From contig LODT01000035.1 in the NCBI GenBank assembly GCA_001606155.1, positions 356,658 to 420,657 of the forward strand: 64,000 nucleotides of DNA, read 5' to 3'. The notes under the pieces were generated by a model, which saw only the letters and a program-made list of their open reading frames with translations, was not told where the DNA came from and did not search any database. Positions within the stretch are counted from its first letter, which is position 1. Every line of letters starts with the position of its first letter. The stretch is from Tieghemostelium lacteum (taxonomy: Eukaryota). Both the position numbers and the translations under genes were made by a program. Shown here piece after piece: positions 1 to 9,674 of the stretch.

Positions 1-866
1 CTTTGGATTTAGTTGCTGCCTTTAGTTTGGAAGGTTTCAGAGCAAATTTGACATCCATCAACCAGAATGTATACCAAATTCATAATCAAGCAGGTCAAGT
101 TCAATCAGCAAATAATATCAATAGTTTACTGAGTTTTAGTAAACTATGGTCTATTCAAGAGGAAGCTAGATTTGTACAAGACCCTCTTAGCTTTAGATGT
201 ATTACGCAGATTCATGGAGCGGCGTACTCTTCTTATGATTGGTGTTCGGGTATCTATGAGAAAGAGGTAAATCTACCAGTTGACAATCCATTAGTGTCTC
301 TGGAAGACCAAAATGTGTACAGCCATGGTAATATGGAGAATACTCTATTGGCACTCTCAATGGATACTTTAAGATCAGCTCTTTGTAAATGTATTAGAAC
401 TAGTGGCGAAAGAATACATAAGCTTCATTGGCCACAGTTTAGTGGTCTCTCAACTGGTCTAAGTCAAGGAAATGGAATGGCATCTGGTGGTGTACAATTT
501 CTAAATTTAAGTCATTTAGCATCAAGTAGTATCTCTCATTGTGGATATCTATCTAATCCTACATTAAACCAATACCAAGGGCAATTAGCAGATGGTGTTG
601 AAGATGTTGCCGGTATGGCACCACTTTCAATCAGTTGTACAAAAAAACTCTTGGATGATGGTTGGAAAGTATTAACCATTGAATTAATCATTGCAATCTG
701 GGCAATCAATTACAGAAACATTCCAGTTACATCCATTGGATTTGGATTAAGATCGCTCCATAATCTTGTGCTACCATTACTTCCAATTGGGAAAGAAGGT
801 GAAAAAGTTTTTGATACAAGACCTATTGAATCAATACTGAGAGATTATATCTCGGATAACCAATAA
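1..866 (+). CDS. Histidine ammonia-lyase-like (aromatic amino acid ammonia-lyase family) C-terminal part; 5' end cut off by the window start
   Basis: ORF 3..866 contains QDPLSFRCITQIHGAAYSSYDWC and VNLPVDNPLV, which resemble the conserved HAL motifs QDRYSLRCxPQVHGA and SATDNPLV. The open frame runs into the window edge. The stop at 864-866 is followed by an AT-rich 3' region. Confidence 0.65.
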   Translation, partial: LDLVAAFSLEGFRANLTSINQNVYQIHNQAGQVQSANNINSLLSFSKLWSIQEEARFVQDPLSFRCITQIHGAAYSSYDWCSGIYEKEVNLPVDNPLVSLEDQNVYSHGNMENTLLALSMDTLRSALCKCIRTSGERIHKLHWPQFSGLSTGLSQGNGMASGGVQFLNLSHLASSSISHCGYLSNPTLNQYQGQLADGVEDVAGMAPLSISCTKKLLDDGWKVLTIELIIAIWAINYRNIPVTSIGFGLRSLHNLVLPLLPIGKEGEKVFDTRPIESILRDYISDNQ

Positions 867-1289
867 AAATTATAAAATATGTATTTCACAATCATAAAAC
901 TAATAATACTATTCTACTACAACAACAATCGCATCAATATTGTTTGTATTCCTATTTTACTACACTTATTAAACTATTTCTTATTTGGTCTTTGAATCCT
1001 TATAAATAAGATCAAAATTAACAATATTTCATCTTTCGAACTTATTTAGTAGAAATAAACAAATATAAATGCAAATATTTCAAAAGGCGAATATTCATGT
1101 ATAATAATATAATATTTTGTGTTTATCTAACTGTGAACAATAGTGTATATTGGTCAGATTTCGATATCCAATTTCATTACAGATATCTGATCTAGAAGAA
1201 AAGAGTTATTTTAATCTGAAGAAAATTATTAAAAAGCCAAAACCAATGCTATACCAAAGAAGAAAATAGATTGTAAAATGTTTAATTTA

Positions 1290-1480
1290 CACATCTAAGG
1301 CCGCCCATTAAGACTTTTCCTTCAATGTAACCAGAGTTTCAACCAAGGAACTCACCATTTTGGCACTGTCCATAGGCTGGTTGAGGGAGTACCTCTTATG
1401 TTATTGTTTTATAGTCTTCAATAGTATTCAGTTTCTTTTCTGGCAATTAACGTAGATGTAGTGAGGGGGTGTTTAGAGCT
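1290..1480. other. Short GC-rich non-coding island in an AT-rich intergenic spacer (possible ncRNA gene or element relic)
   Basis: ggccgcccattaagac ... ggcactgtccataggctggttgagggagtacctc ... gtgagggggtgtttagagctac stands out at ~50% GC against ~80% AT flanks. No ORF and no tRNA cloverleaf recognisable. Confidence 0.2.
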
Positions 1481-2819
1481 ACTTATTGATACTCTAGTAA
1501 ATATCATATTGTTTTCTAGTTCAACCATTTATTCAAGAATAATTTAATATAAAGAATAGAGTAAAATTTAATAGAGTTTGATTTACCTAGTGAAATACAA
1601 TTAGCTAACCTTTCAGAGGCAGATATTAAAGCTCGAATTAATGAAATCTGTCATGCTACAGAATGTCTCACTATTACAAAAAATGGATAAATGGTAAATT
1701 TAAATTGATAATTGGTGGAAAAATGGTTTCTTTGTGCAAACCTAATCACTTTTCATCAATCAGAGGTGTTGCTATACTAAAGAAGCATTTCAATATTGCC
1801 ATTACACGTGATGAGGAAAAAATGTATCAACCAACTTCAAATAATTTATCTGATGTCAACAATAAGAAGTAATTTTTGGATCCAAAAATTGTCCAAATCA
1901 TTCCACTGACCATATCAGAGCAAAACCATTGAATGAACCTCCTGTTATGGATTCATATGAGCACTTTTGTAGCTGGAATTGCTTGGTAAGATATGCCAGT
2001 TCTACTTCCGCCAAAACATGGAAAGAAAACTTTGATATTGAAATAAAAAAGAAATCAAAGTCTAAAGTTGGATATAAAAAAAAATGTAAATGAAGATGAG
2101 GACAATCTAGAAGAGGAAGAGGAGGAAGAACAGCCACCCCTCCACCAGCAAAAAGTAAAACTAATAAAAGACAGGCAAGAAAGAAATGTAATTAAATCCT
2201 GATCAACCAACAACTTTTCATATTTCTAATTTATATGAGACATTAAGCAAGGCCTATTGTAGTTAAATTGATTTTTGGTATCTAGACCAACATTATAAAA
2301 ATATGTTGATAGATTTATAGAATTATTATATCCAATTTCTTTAAACACATGATTATAAAAACTATATAAATCAATTTTAAAATAGATCTATTCTCATCCT
2401 TATAATTAGAATAATAGGTTAAATAAGATATACAATAAATCAATTTATTAAAGATATCAATCCTCAAATTAGCTACATTATTCACCAATTAGGATCTATT
2501 GAAATATCTTTTAAGTGTTGAATTTGTCCGAGTACCCTATTTTTAATAAAATCTGGGTCATCATCCTCACATACATATTCTAACGCGGCGATATCATTTT
2601 GAGAATCATTGCCACTTGAATTAGTGTAGGATTTGGAATAACTAGTTCTTCTTTTTTTTTGTTGATTGTGTTCTTTATCAGTTTTTTCTTCTTTATAGTC
2701 CTCAACTTCATCACCATCATTTTCATCATCCTCATTATTTCTTTACGAATTGTTTTATCATTATTATTATTACTATTTATATTATCTGGGCCTGTCATGA
2801 TTTTGTTTGATGTGAATAA

Positions 2820-3089
2820 TTGAGAATAATTTGTGTTAGTACAAATACTAATAGAAATACAACTGCATTTGGATCACCACCACTTAGCTCAACTCCACCA
2901 TCCACTACCACACCAACAGTCAGTATCCCTGCAATTAAAGAGAACAGATTTTCAGTTAAAGTCGAACAAATTGCATGTTGGAAATGTAATTTTCAAAATT
3001 CTAAAGTCTCTAAATATTGTATATCTTGTGGATCGGATATCAAAAAGGAGTCATCAACCAAATTTCTTTCATCTAGTAAAATGCAATAG
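2820..3089 (+). CDS. Small ORF with a RanBP2-type zinc-finger-like motif; the true start and exon structure are unresolved
   Basis: ACWKCNFQNSKVSKYCISCG fits the pattern C-x2-C-x3-N-x6-C-x2-C. There is no in-frame ATG. A possible ATG at 2797 lies upstream, but I could not find a clean splice. Confidence 0.2.
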   Translation: MRIICVSTNTNRNTTAFGSPPLSSTPPSTTTPTVSIPAIKENRFSVKVEQIACWKCNFQNSKVSKYCISCGSDIKKESSTKFLSSSKMQ

Positions 3090-3240
3090 TGGATTTTATG
3101 ATTCTGTATCCAAGATAAAACAAAGGTTCTAAAGTTTGTCATCACCCAAAACCTTTTATTGTGATTTTTGTTGAGCTCCAATTAACTAAGGTTTTCTGCT
3201 ATTTAAACTCAGGCATTTTAATTTTAATTAGGATTTTGAT

Positions 3241-3531
3241 TTAAATGAAGGCAATGGAATTGTATGGGATGACCACAAAACATGTAGAACCAATGTAGCT
3301 TATATATCCATTTTTTTCGACTGGTTGTATGCCGAAATCAGTCTCAATTAAGGACTTCATTTTTGAAACATCAACATAATACATCCAATCGCCGTCCTTA
3401 TAGTTTTCTTTAAGATGCCTAAGAATGTGTCTCATTTGATTTCCAATTTGAAAATTTGAGTGGATCACCGTCAAAGTGAGTTCTTTAAAAACAATTAAAT
3501 CATAGTCTTCAGCATACGTAGTAAATGACAT
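3241..3531 (-). CDS. Hypothetical small protein (96 aa), single exon with ATG start
   Basis: Complete ATG-to-TAA ORF with dictyostelid-like codon usage (caa, aat, tta). No recognisable domain. The 5' flank is AT-rich. Confidence 0.3.
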   Translation of the reverse strand: MSFTTYAEDYDLIVFKELTLTVIHSNFQIGNQMRHILRHLKENYKDGDWMYYVDVSKMKSLIETDFGIQPVEKNGYISYIGSTCFVVIPYNSIAFI

Positions 3532-4512
3532 GTTTTACCAAACTATTGATCCAGTGGATCAGCGTTGCAGATCCAAAATAAAATCCTATGAAACCAAGTA
3601 TTGGTATTAGGTGATGTTAATGAAAATGGATGCAAAGATTTCAAAACAAACAGATGTTACATGAAAAGTATTGATTATATTCTTTATATATGTTTGATTC
3701 AGATTATTTAACTCTTTCAAGTTACATTACTAGATTATTTCAAAAGAAGATGGTATTTAGAAGAACTATTTATTTAATCCAAATGAATATGAAGAACCAG
3801 ATAGATTTGTAGTTTATGCATTACCAACAACTAGAGGTATTAAATTAGGAGGTAGTGGTAGTAAGAATAATGATTGTTTGTACGAATGCTAAATGTATGT
3901 CCTGGATACCTTAAGTTCGATAAGAAAAGGTAATTTGGAATATTTTTTGTTGTTTTATAAATGATATTACATTGGATATACAATCTAATCCCAATGGCGA
4001 TGTACAATATCAAATATACACTTTATAAGAGCCACAAATATACATTCAAACAGTTTAAGGTAGGTAGTATTGATCCCACACATTTACTTTTCAAACATCA
4101 TAAATAATAGCAAATGATAACCATTTCTTTATCCTGTTTGTGAAATTTTGTTAAAGTGTTGATAAAGTTTATTTCTGCTATTCCACAATCATGATTGATT
4201 CTCTTTTTACAATACAATAGCTTTTATCTTTATTAAACTCATACCATCCTTGCTACATATAACTCTTTTGCCTATCATATTTTGAAAAGATTAACAAAAA
4301 GGGTTTTACAATATGAAAATAAAAAAATATATATATTTTTTTTAAATTAAAATATGACTAGTTTTAAAGTAAATATTTGTAAGACATTATTATAATAATA
4401 AATATATGTTGACATTCAACAACACAATAGGTACACAAGAAAAGCAAGTAGAGGAAGGTATGTAGATAAATTGTAGGACAGTGTTAATAAAAGGATTGGA
4501 TTATGGTACTAT

Positions 4513-6107
4513 TTGACTTATGTACTTATAAAAATAGTTTGTTTGATTAATCCTGAGGATTTTTATGGTGAAATCTCTCCAAGAGCAATAAAGGAGGAGG
4601 GAATCCATAATCTACAATCACCCCTTACTCTTTTCAGACAAGAAGTTTGCATAAAAGTTGCAAAACATCTCAATACCAACAATTTTACCCTAATTAGATC
4701 ACCATCATTCACCGGAAAGACATCATTTGGGCAGATTTTCCATGAATACCTAAAGAAAACTAAGCAGAATGTATATATTAGAAGGGTAGCTTTAATCTGG
4801 CTTGATTATAATAGAGAGGAAAATTTTGAAAGTTCGTGGAAATTTTACACTGGTAGAACATTCTCTGATTGGTTTGAATTTGCTGAATCGAATGATGTAC
4901 TTTTTATTTTAGATAACGTTCAGATGTTCTATAACTCTTCACTAGCAATATACGATCTCTTTTGGAAAAAAATCAAATCTGCTTCTCATAGAATGTCTTT
5001 TTTAATGTTAGCTGGTTATGGTGAAAAACCAGGAACCCAACACTCCACCCCTATTACATTGCCCTACTATGAAGACCCACAAATCTTATTTTTAAAAATA
5101 TCAGAGTACCATGAGCTCTGTAAGGTGTTCTCAAAGATGCATTTCCAAATACCAGAGCATGTTATCTCTGTATTATGGGCAGAAAGTGGTGGGCCCATAT
5201 TGGAATTATATATAAAACATTGTACAAAATTGAGGAGAAATTTAAAAATTCTGATGTAGATGAAAAGCTTTTGTTAGAATTTCTTCGATCTCCAAACTTT
5301 TTTAACATCATTAAAGATACACGTTCTTGCCCAATTATTATTGACTCTAGTTTGAGTAAAGAGGAATTAGAAATACTTGACCATGTAATAGAATACAAAA
5401 ACTTTGAAGCTTCACCCATTAGAGAAAAAAATTCACCACTCTCAAAACTGATAAAAAGAGGATACTTGATTAAAATAGGGAATACAGATGTATACAAAAT
5501 TCCTTCTCCTTGGTATTATAAAATATATGTTTTCCAAATCAAAACAAAAATCTATAAACCATTCTTGGGTAGATTACCTGAAAACAAGGAAGGAATTTCT
5601 AAATTACTGGTAGAAGCTCTCAAACGTTTTCGTCTCTTTAGAGCTGCACACACTCTTTCTGTTGGTGAAAATAATAGTATTTTAGAGGTCTTTTGGCACA
5701 ATGAACTCTACATCTCTTTAGCAAATTATTTCATATTACCATTCATCTCATCTCATGTAGGAAAGTATTTTGGTTCTTCTGGAGATTTTGACATATATAT
5801 CAACGATCTCCACTGGGCCATAGATATTCTACATAATGGAATCCAAATAGAGGAAAATATGTTAAAATTTTTACATACAGGTGTATATGGTGCTTATCTT
5901 CCAATTAAACAACGGGTGGTATTGGATTTTAGATTATCAACAGGAAATATTCCTTTGCAAGAACAAATCCTTGAAAATTATATTATTATTGTTGCCAGTG
6001 TTGATTATGAGTACTTTACTCTTTATTCAAAAGAATTTTATCAGCTTAGAGTAATTGCAAATGGTAAAAATTTGGAAGATTCTTATAATAATAATAAAAT
6101 TGAATAG
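4513..6107 (+). CDS. Hypothetical P-loop NTPase-like protein read as two overlapping ORFs (4513..5259 and 5175..6107) joined by an apparent -1 frameshift near 5212-5218; the 5' start is unresolved (first codon TTG)
   Basis: Walker-A-like IRSPSFTGKTS and Walker-B-like VLFILDN. Both reading frames look protein-like on either side of the tataaaacattg A-run. No canonical intron (no GT..AG pair) lies between them. Confidence 0.45.
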
Positions 6108-6839
6108 AAATTCGTTTAGTATAAGTCACTTTTGTAATTTACATTTTTGTACTCTTAAAAATCGATGCAAAGACTTCTATTAAATTAAATATAACAAAAG
6201 AATTTCATACACTTCACATTTACTTTTGACTATCAAAAGTTTTAACTTTAATACTCTTTTTATTTATTTCCAATCTTATCCTACAATATATCCAAGTCCT
6301 CATCATTATCAGATTCCTAGGTAAAAGAATCCTATTAAACCTTGTTTTGATTAATTCAATTAATTAAATAAAAATGGAAATTAATTAAACTACAATGTAA
6401 TCAAATCTAGTTTAATTGTAGTTGTATAAATACCCTAATTAAGTCTTTGAATCTATATATTCTTCCATAGATTTCATTTTCAAAAATAGGTTCAACCTCT
6501 TGTAAGAGTGAAAATTGTACAATAATAATAATAGATTTTAAAATCTTTGGATTACAATAAAATTAGAAACTTTTTTTAATTTAACTGCTCAAGTTTTACT
6601 TATTTTATTGAATATAGAGATTCATTTGGTAGCGATCTAGTCTTTTTGAATTTCTTTTAAACAATTCTGAAATAAAATATTGAATTATTATTATTTATGC
6701 TATTAATGAGAGAAGATTTCAAAAAAGAGATGATACTTTAAAAGAATTAATTTATTTTTTTTTTTTTAACTTTAATTATACTTGAATGTTTATTTTTAAA
6801 ATAAAATTTTGTTTGTATATATTGTTAAATTTGTAGATT

Positions 6840-7320
6840 AGAGGATTGATTTTATCCTTTTCATTGTTGATTTGGAGTTGGAGTATTTTCTATATTTCTA
6901 GTAGTTTTATTATTAAATTTGGTTGATGGTTGGTATTTTGGTTATATTAGGGTCCATGTTTGAGATAGATGTTGATAAGGATGATGAGATATTTGCTGTT
7001 GTAGGTGTTGAAGAAAGATTCCAGTGTATATATATATCTTTGAGTTGGAGATGTTAGACAATTTGAAGATATGGGTGGAGATAGATTCAGAGATTGTGTT
7101 GAATAAGGTGCACTTTTTATTTGAGAAGTCTAATGGAAGTTATTTGGTGATTTAGGGGAATATTATGTTGTGATTTGGGTCTTTGACTTTACTAATTGTT
7201 AAGAATAGTTTGGAAAAGTTGTAATGGTTTTTTTTCTCCAATATTCTTTATTTATTTTTGATGACTCTCCCAATGCGGCCCGAGGTCATATTATTTAATG
7301 ATTCTACAAAATCTCTGTAC
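6840..7320. repeat. ORF-free island with strong G+T strand skew, lying in an AT-rich intergenic region. It contains one copy of a 45-bp dispersed repeat at 6969..7013
   Basis: Composition shifts sharply from AT-rich to ~40% G+T-rich (gttgatttggagttggag...ggttgatggttggtattttggtt). The repeat atgttgataaggatgatgagatatttgctgttgtaggtgttgaag recurs at 28402..28445 with ~89% identity. Confidence 0.4.
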
Positions 7321-7737
7321 TTTCCTCTATAGATACTATGTTCAATTAAATTCACTAGTAATTATATAAAATAACCTCATTTACCTCTAAATCAATATTA
7401 ATGACTATCAATTAAATAATTATTATTAATGAACTATACAATACTTAATATATGTAAATATAAATAAATATAAAATTTTTTTTCTTCAATATATCTTCTT
7501 GATAGACTTTCTTTGTTTTATTTTTAAGATAAACATTAACCGTATTCATATATAATATAATTTAAAAACTTATAATTATAACATCATTTAATTTTGATTT
7601 TGTATTTGTAGTTTATTTGTATTATTGTTAAATATTATATCTCTGAAATAATGATTTACTATGAGAAGATATAGTTCTAAAAATCTTATAAGACTGTTTT
7701 TAATTGTTTTTTTTTTTAATTTTTGTTGTGTAATTCC

Positions 7738-9109
7738 ATGAAAAATCATATTGTATTTTTAGTATTGGTGTTCATTTTAAATTTATATAAACAATGTAAT
7801 GGCATCATTATCAATGATAAAGTAATTTTAGTTATGGCATTTAAAAGGGTTGAAGATTTCAAATTATCATTAGATTCATTAATTAAAGCAAACTATTCAC
7901 AAGATTATCATTTAGTAATAACTCAATCCATATCCCTAGGAGATAGAAGCCACTATATTAAACTACATGATTTTATCAATAATGTAGATATTAAAAATAA
8001 GTTTAAATCTATAACTCACATTGAAACTGAATCTAAATCCTCACTACCATTTGGTAATGCATACCATGCATTTAAAAATATGGTTAGAGGTATGGTTTAT
8101 GTATGGGAGAAATTTAGTGCATTAGATTCACTGATAATCATTGAAGAGGACATAGTAGTATCTGAAGATATATTTGAATTCTTTGAAAAATCTAGAAATA
8201 TAATCAACCAAGACCCATCAAATAGCATTCGTTTAGCAACATCTGCCTATTTTCTACACACCACACATTCATACTATGATTGGAGACTAGATAAACCAAT
8301 TAAACGTAAAACTATTAGAAATGAACTCTCTCTATCCCTACTTAATCCTAAACAAATTGATCAGGTTAAACTTCAAGGTGAGATTGAATTTAAGGTACTT
8401 GCATGGATGTTACATAAATCAATAGCCAAAACAATAATAGATGACTTTAACCAACAAATTCAACCTTGGGTTTTAGAAAATGTAGGTACACATATCACAA
8501 TGCTTACAAAAATCTCTGACTCACTAACACACACACTTTTCAATGAAAATATAGGGAGAAAATATCATTGAAAACAAACCATTTACACCAAAACCAGAAA
8601 TTTTGAAAAACAATTGCGATTGTTGGAATCATGATAGATACTTGGAATTAAGGTTTAGAGATTTCTACTTTTTAGGCTCACAATCACCTAGATGTAACCA
8701 TGTACCTAGTGGAGGTGTTGGTTTAAGTCATCCAGGAGAGGACTATGGTTTTCCACTAAATGAAAACTATACAAGTTCAGATGAATTCTATATTGGTGTG
8801 GTAAATGATGGTGAAAAAGGTATATGGGGATTAGTAAAAGAGTATCTACCTGATGTAGAATGTCCTAATAGAATAGACTGTAATCATTTTAGTACTGGTA
8901 ACAAATGTGGTTCTATTTATAATTCAACATGTCTCAATATATGGAATCTTGAATGTATACCTTGTTCTGGTAGAAAAGTTGAAACTTTCCAACCAATATG
9001 CAACGAAAAGTTCCCTCAATGTTGTGATGGTGTCTGTAATGCTACATCTCCTTTTTTTATTAATATTCCAACACTTTTCAAAGACAATAGTGTTCAACAG
9101 AAAAAATAA
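7738..9109 (+). CDS. GT13-family (GlcNAc-transferase I-like) glycosyltransferase. Catalytic domain ORF is 7738..8571 and the Cys-rich C-terminal ORF is 8603..9109; the two are joined only if one A is restored in the aaaa run near 8558-8566
   Basis: ATG at 7738 followed by a hydrophobic signal anchor (IVFLVLVFILNLY). IIIEEDIVVSEDIFEFFEKS resembles the EDD region of GnT-I, and YYDWRLDKPIKRKTIRNELS resembles [23 protein letters not shown]. The downstream ORF has no ATG at all and opens 16 nt before the upstream stop. Confidence 0.5.
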
Positions 9110-9674
9110 AGTATTTGATGCACATGTCAAGAAATCTCAAATATTTTTATAAATCACTGGGTTTGACGGTTTTCTAATTTTTATTTGAAAATTGGTCCTA
9201 TTTCATCATTGTTTTAAAAATTCTTTTTTTTTCATTTATAATATTTTTTACCACTTGGATAGTTTATTATATGAATAGAGTGTGGATATTTTTAGATTCT
9301 CATTAACACACATTTATCCATTTCATTAAAGTAAAACAAAAACTAAATCCCACACACATTATACAATTTATCAAATCAACACATCACCCCAACACCACAC
9401 CTCCAATCAATTAAAAAAACAGAAACAAGGAGTAAAAACAAAATCTCTTTCACAAAATTACTGTAATATTGATTGAATGTTTTATTGATATTATAAATTA
9501 TTATATATAATTATAAATTTTACAATAACCATTATTTTTTTGATACAATATTGTTATTTATATATATTATAAATTAAACTAGTTTAATCATTCAAGAGTA
9601 AATACATAGATATTGTTTGAATTTATTATAGCTAATTTATTAATTTATATTTTAGTTGTAATTATTGATAGAAA

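Noticed and set aside
1300-1400. Possible tRNA gene in the GC-rich island (gagtttcaaccaagg)
   Set aside because: No GTTCGAATC-type T-loop, no 7-bp acceptor stem pairing with a 3' end, and no D-arm consensus on either strand.
2580-2798. 72-aa minus-strand Lys/Met-rich ORF with an ATG
   Set aside because: It overlaps a low-complexity AT-rich spacer, has an implausible composition, and has no splice continuation (the only candidate intron would be 19 nt).
7255-7300. tgatgac ... ctgtac, resembling snoRNA box C / box D
   Set aside because: No proper CUGA box D, no terminal stem, and no recognisable rRNA-complementary guide. The sequence sits at the edge of the GT-rich repeat island, so it is more likely part of that element.
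8907-9152. Overlapping small ORFs on both strands at the 3' end of the GnT-like gene
   Set aside because: They are out of frame relative to the Cys-rich ORF 8603..9109, which shows domain-like Cys spacing; they are likely spurious.
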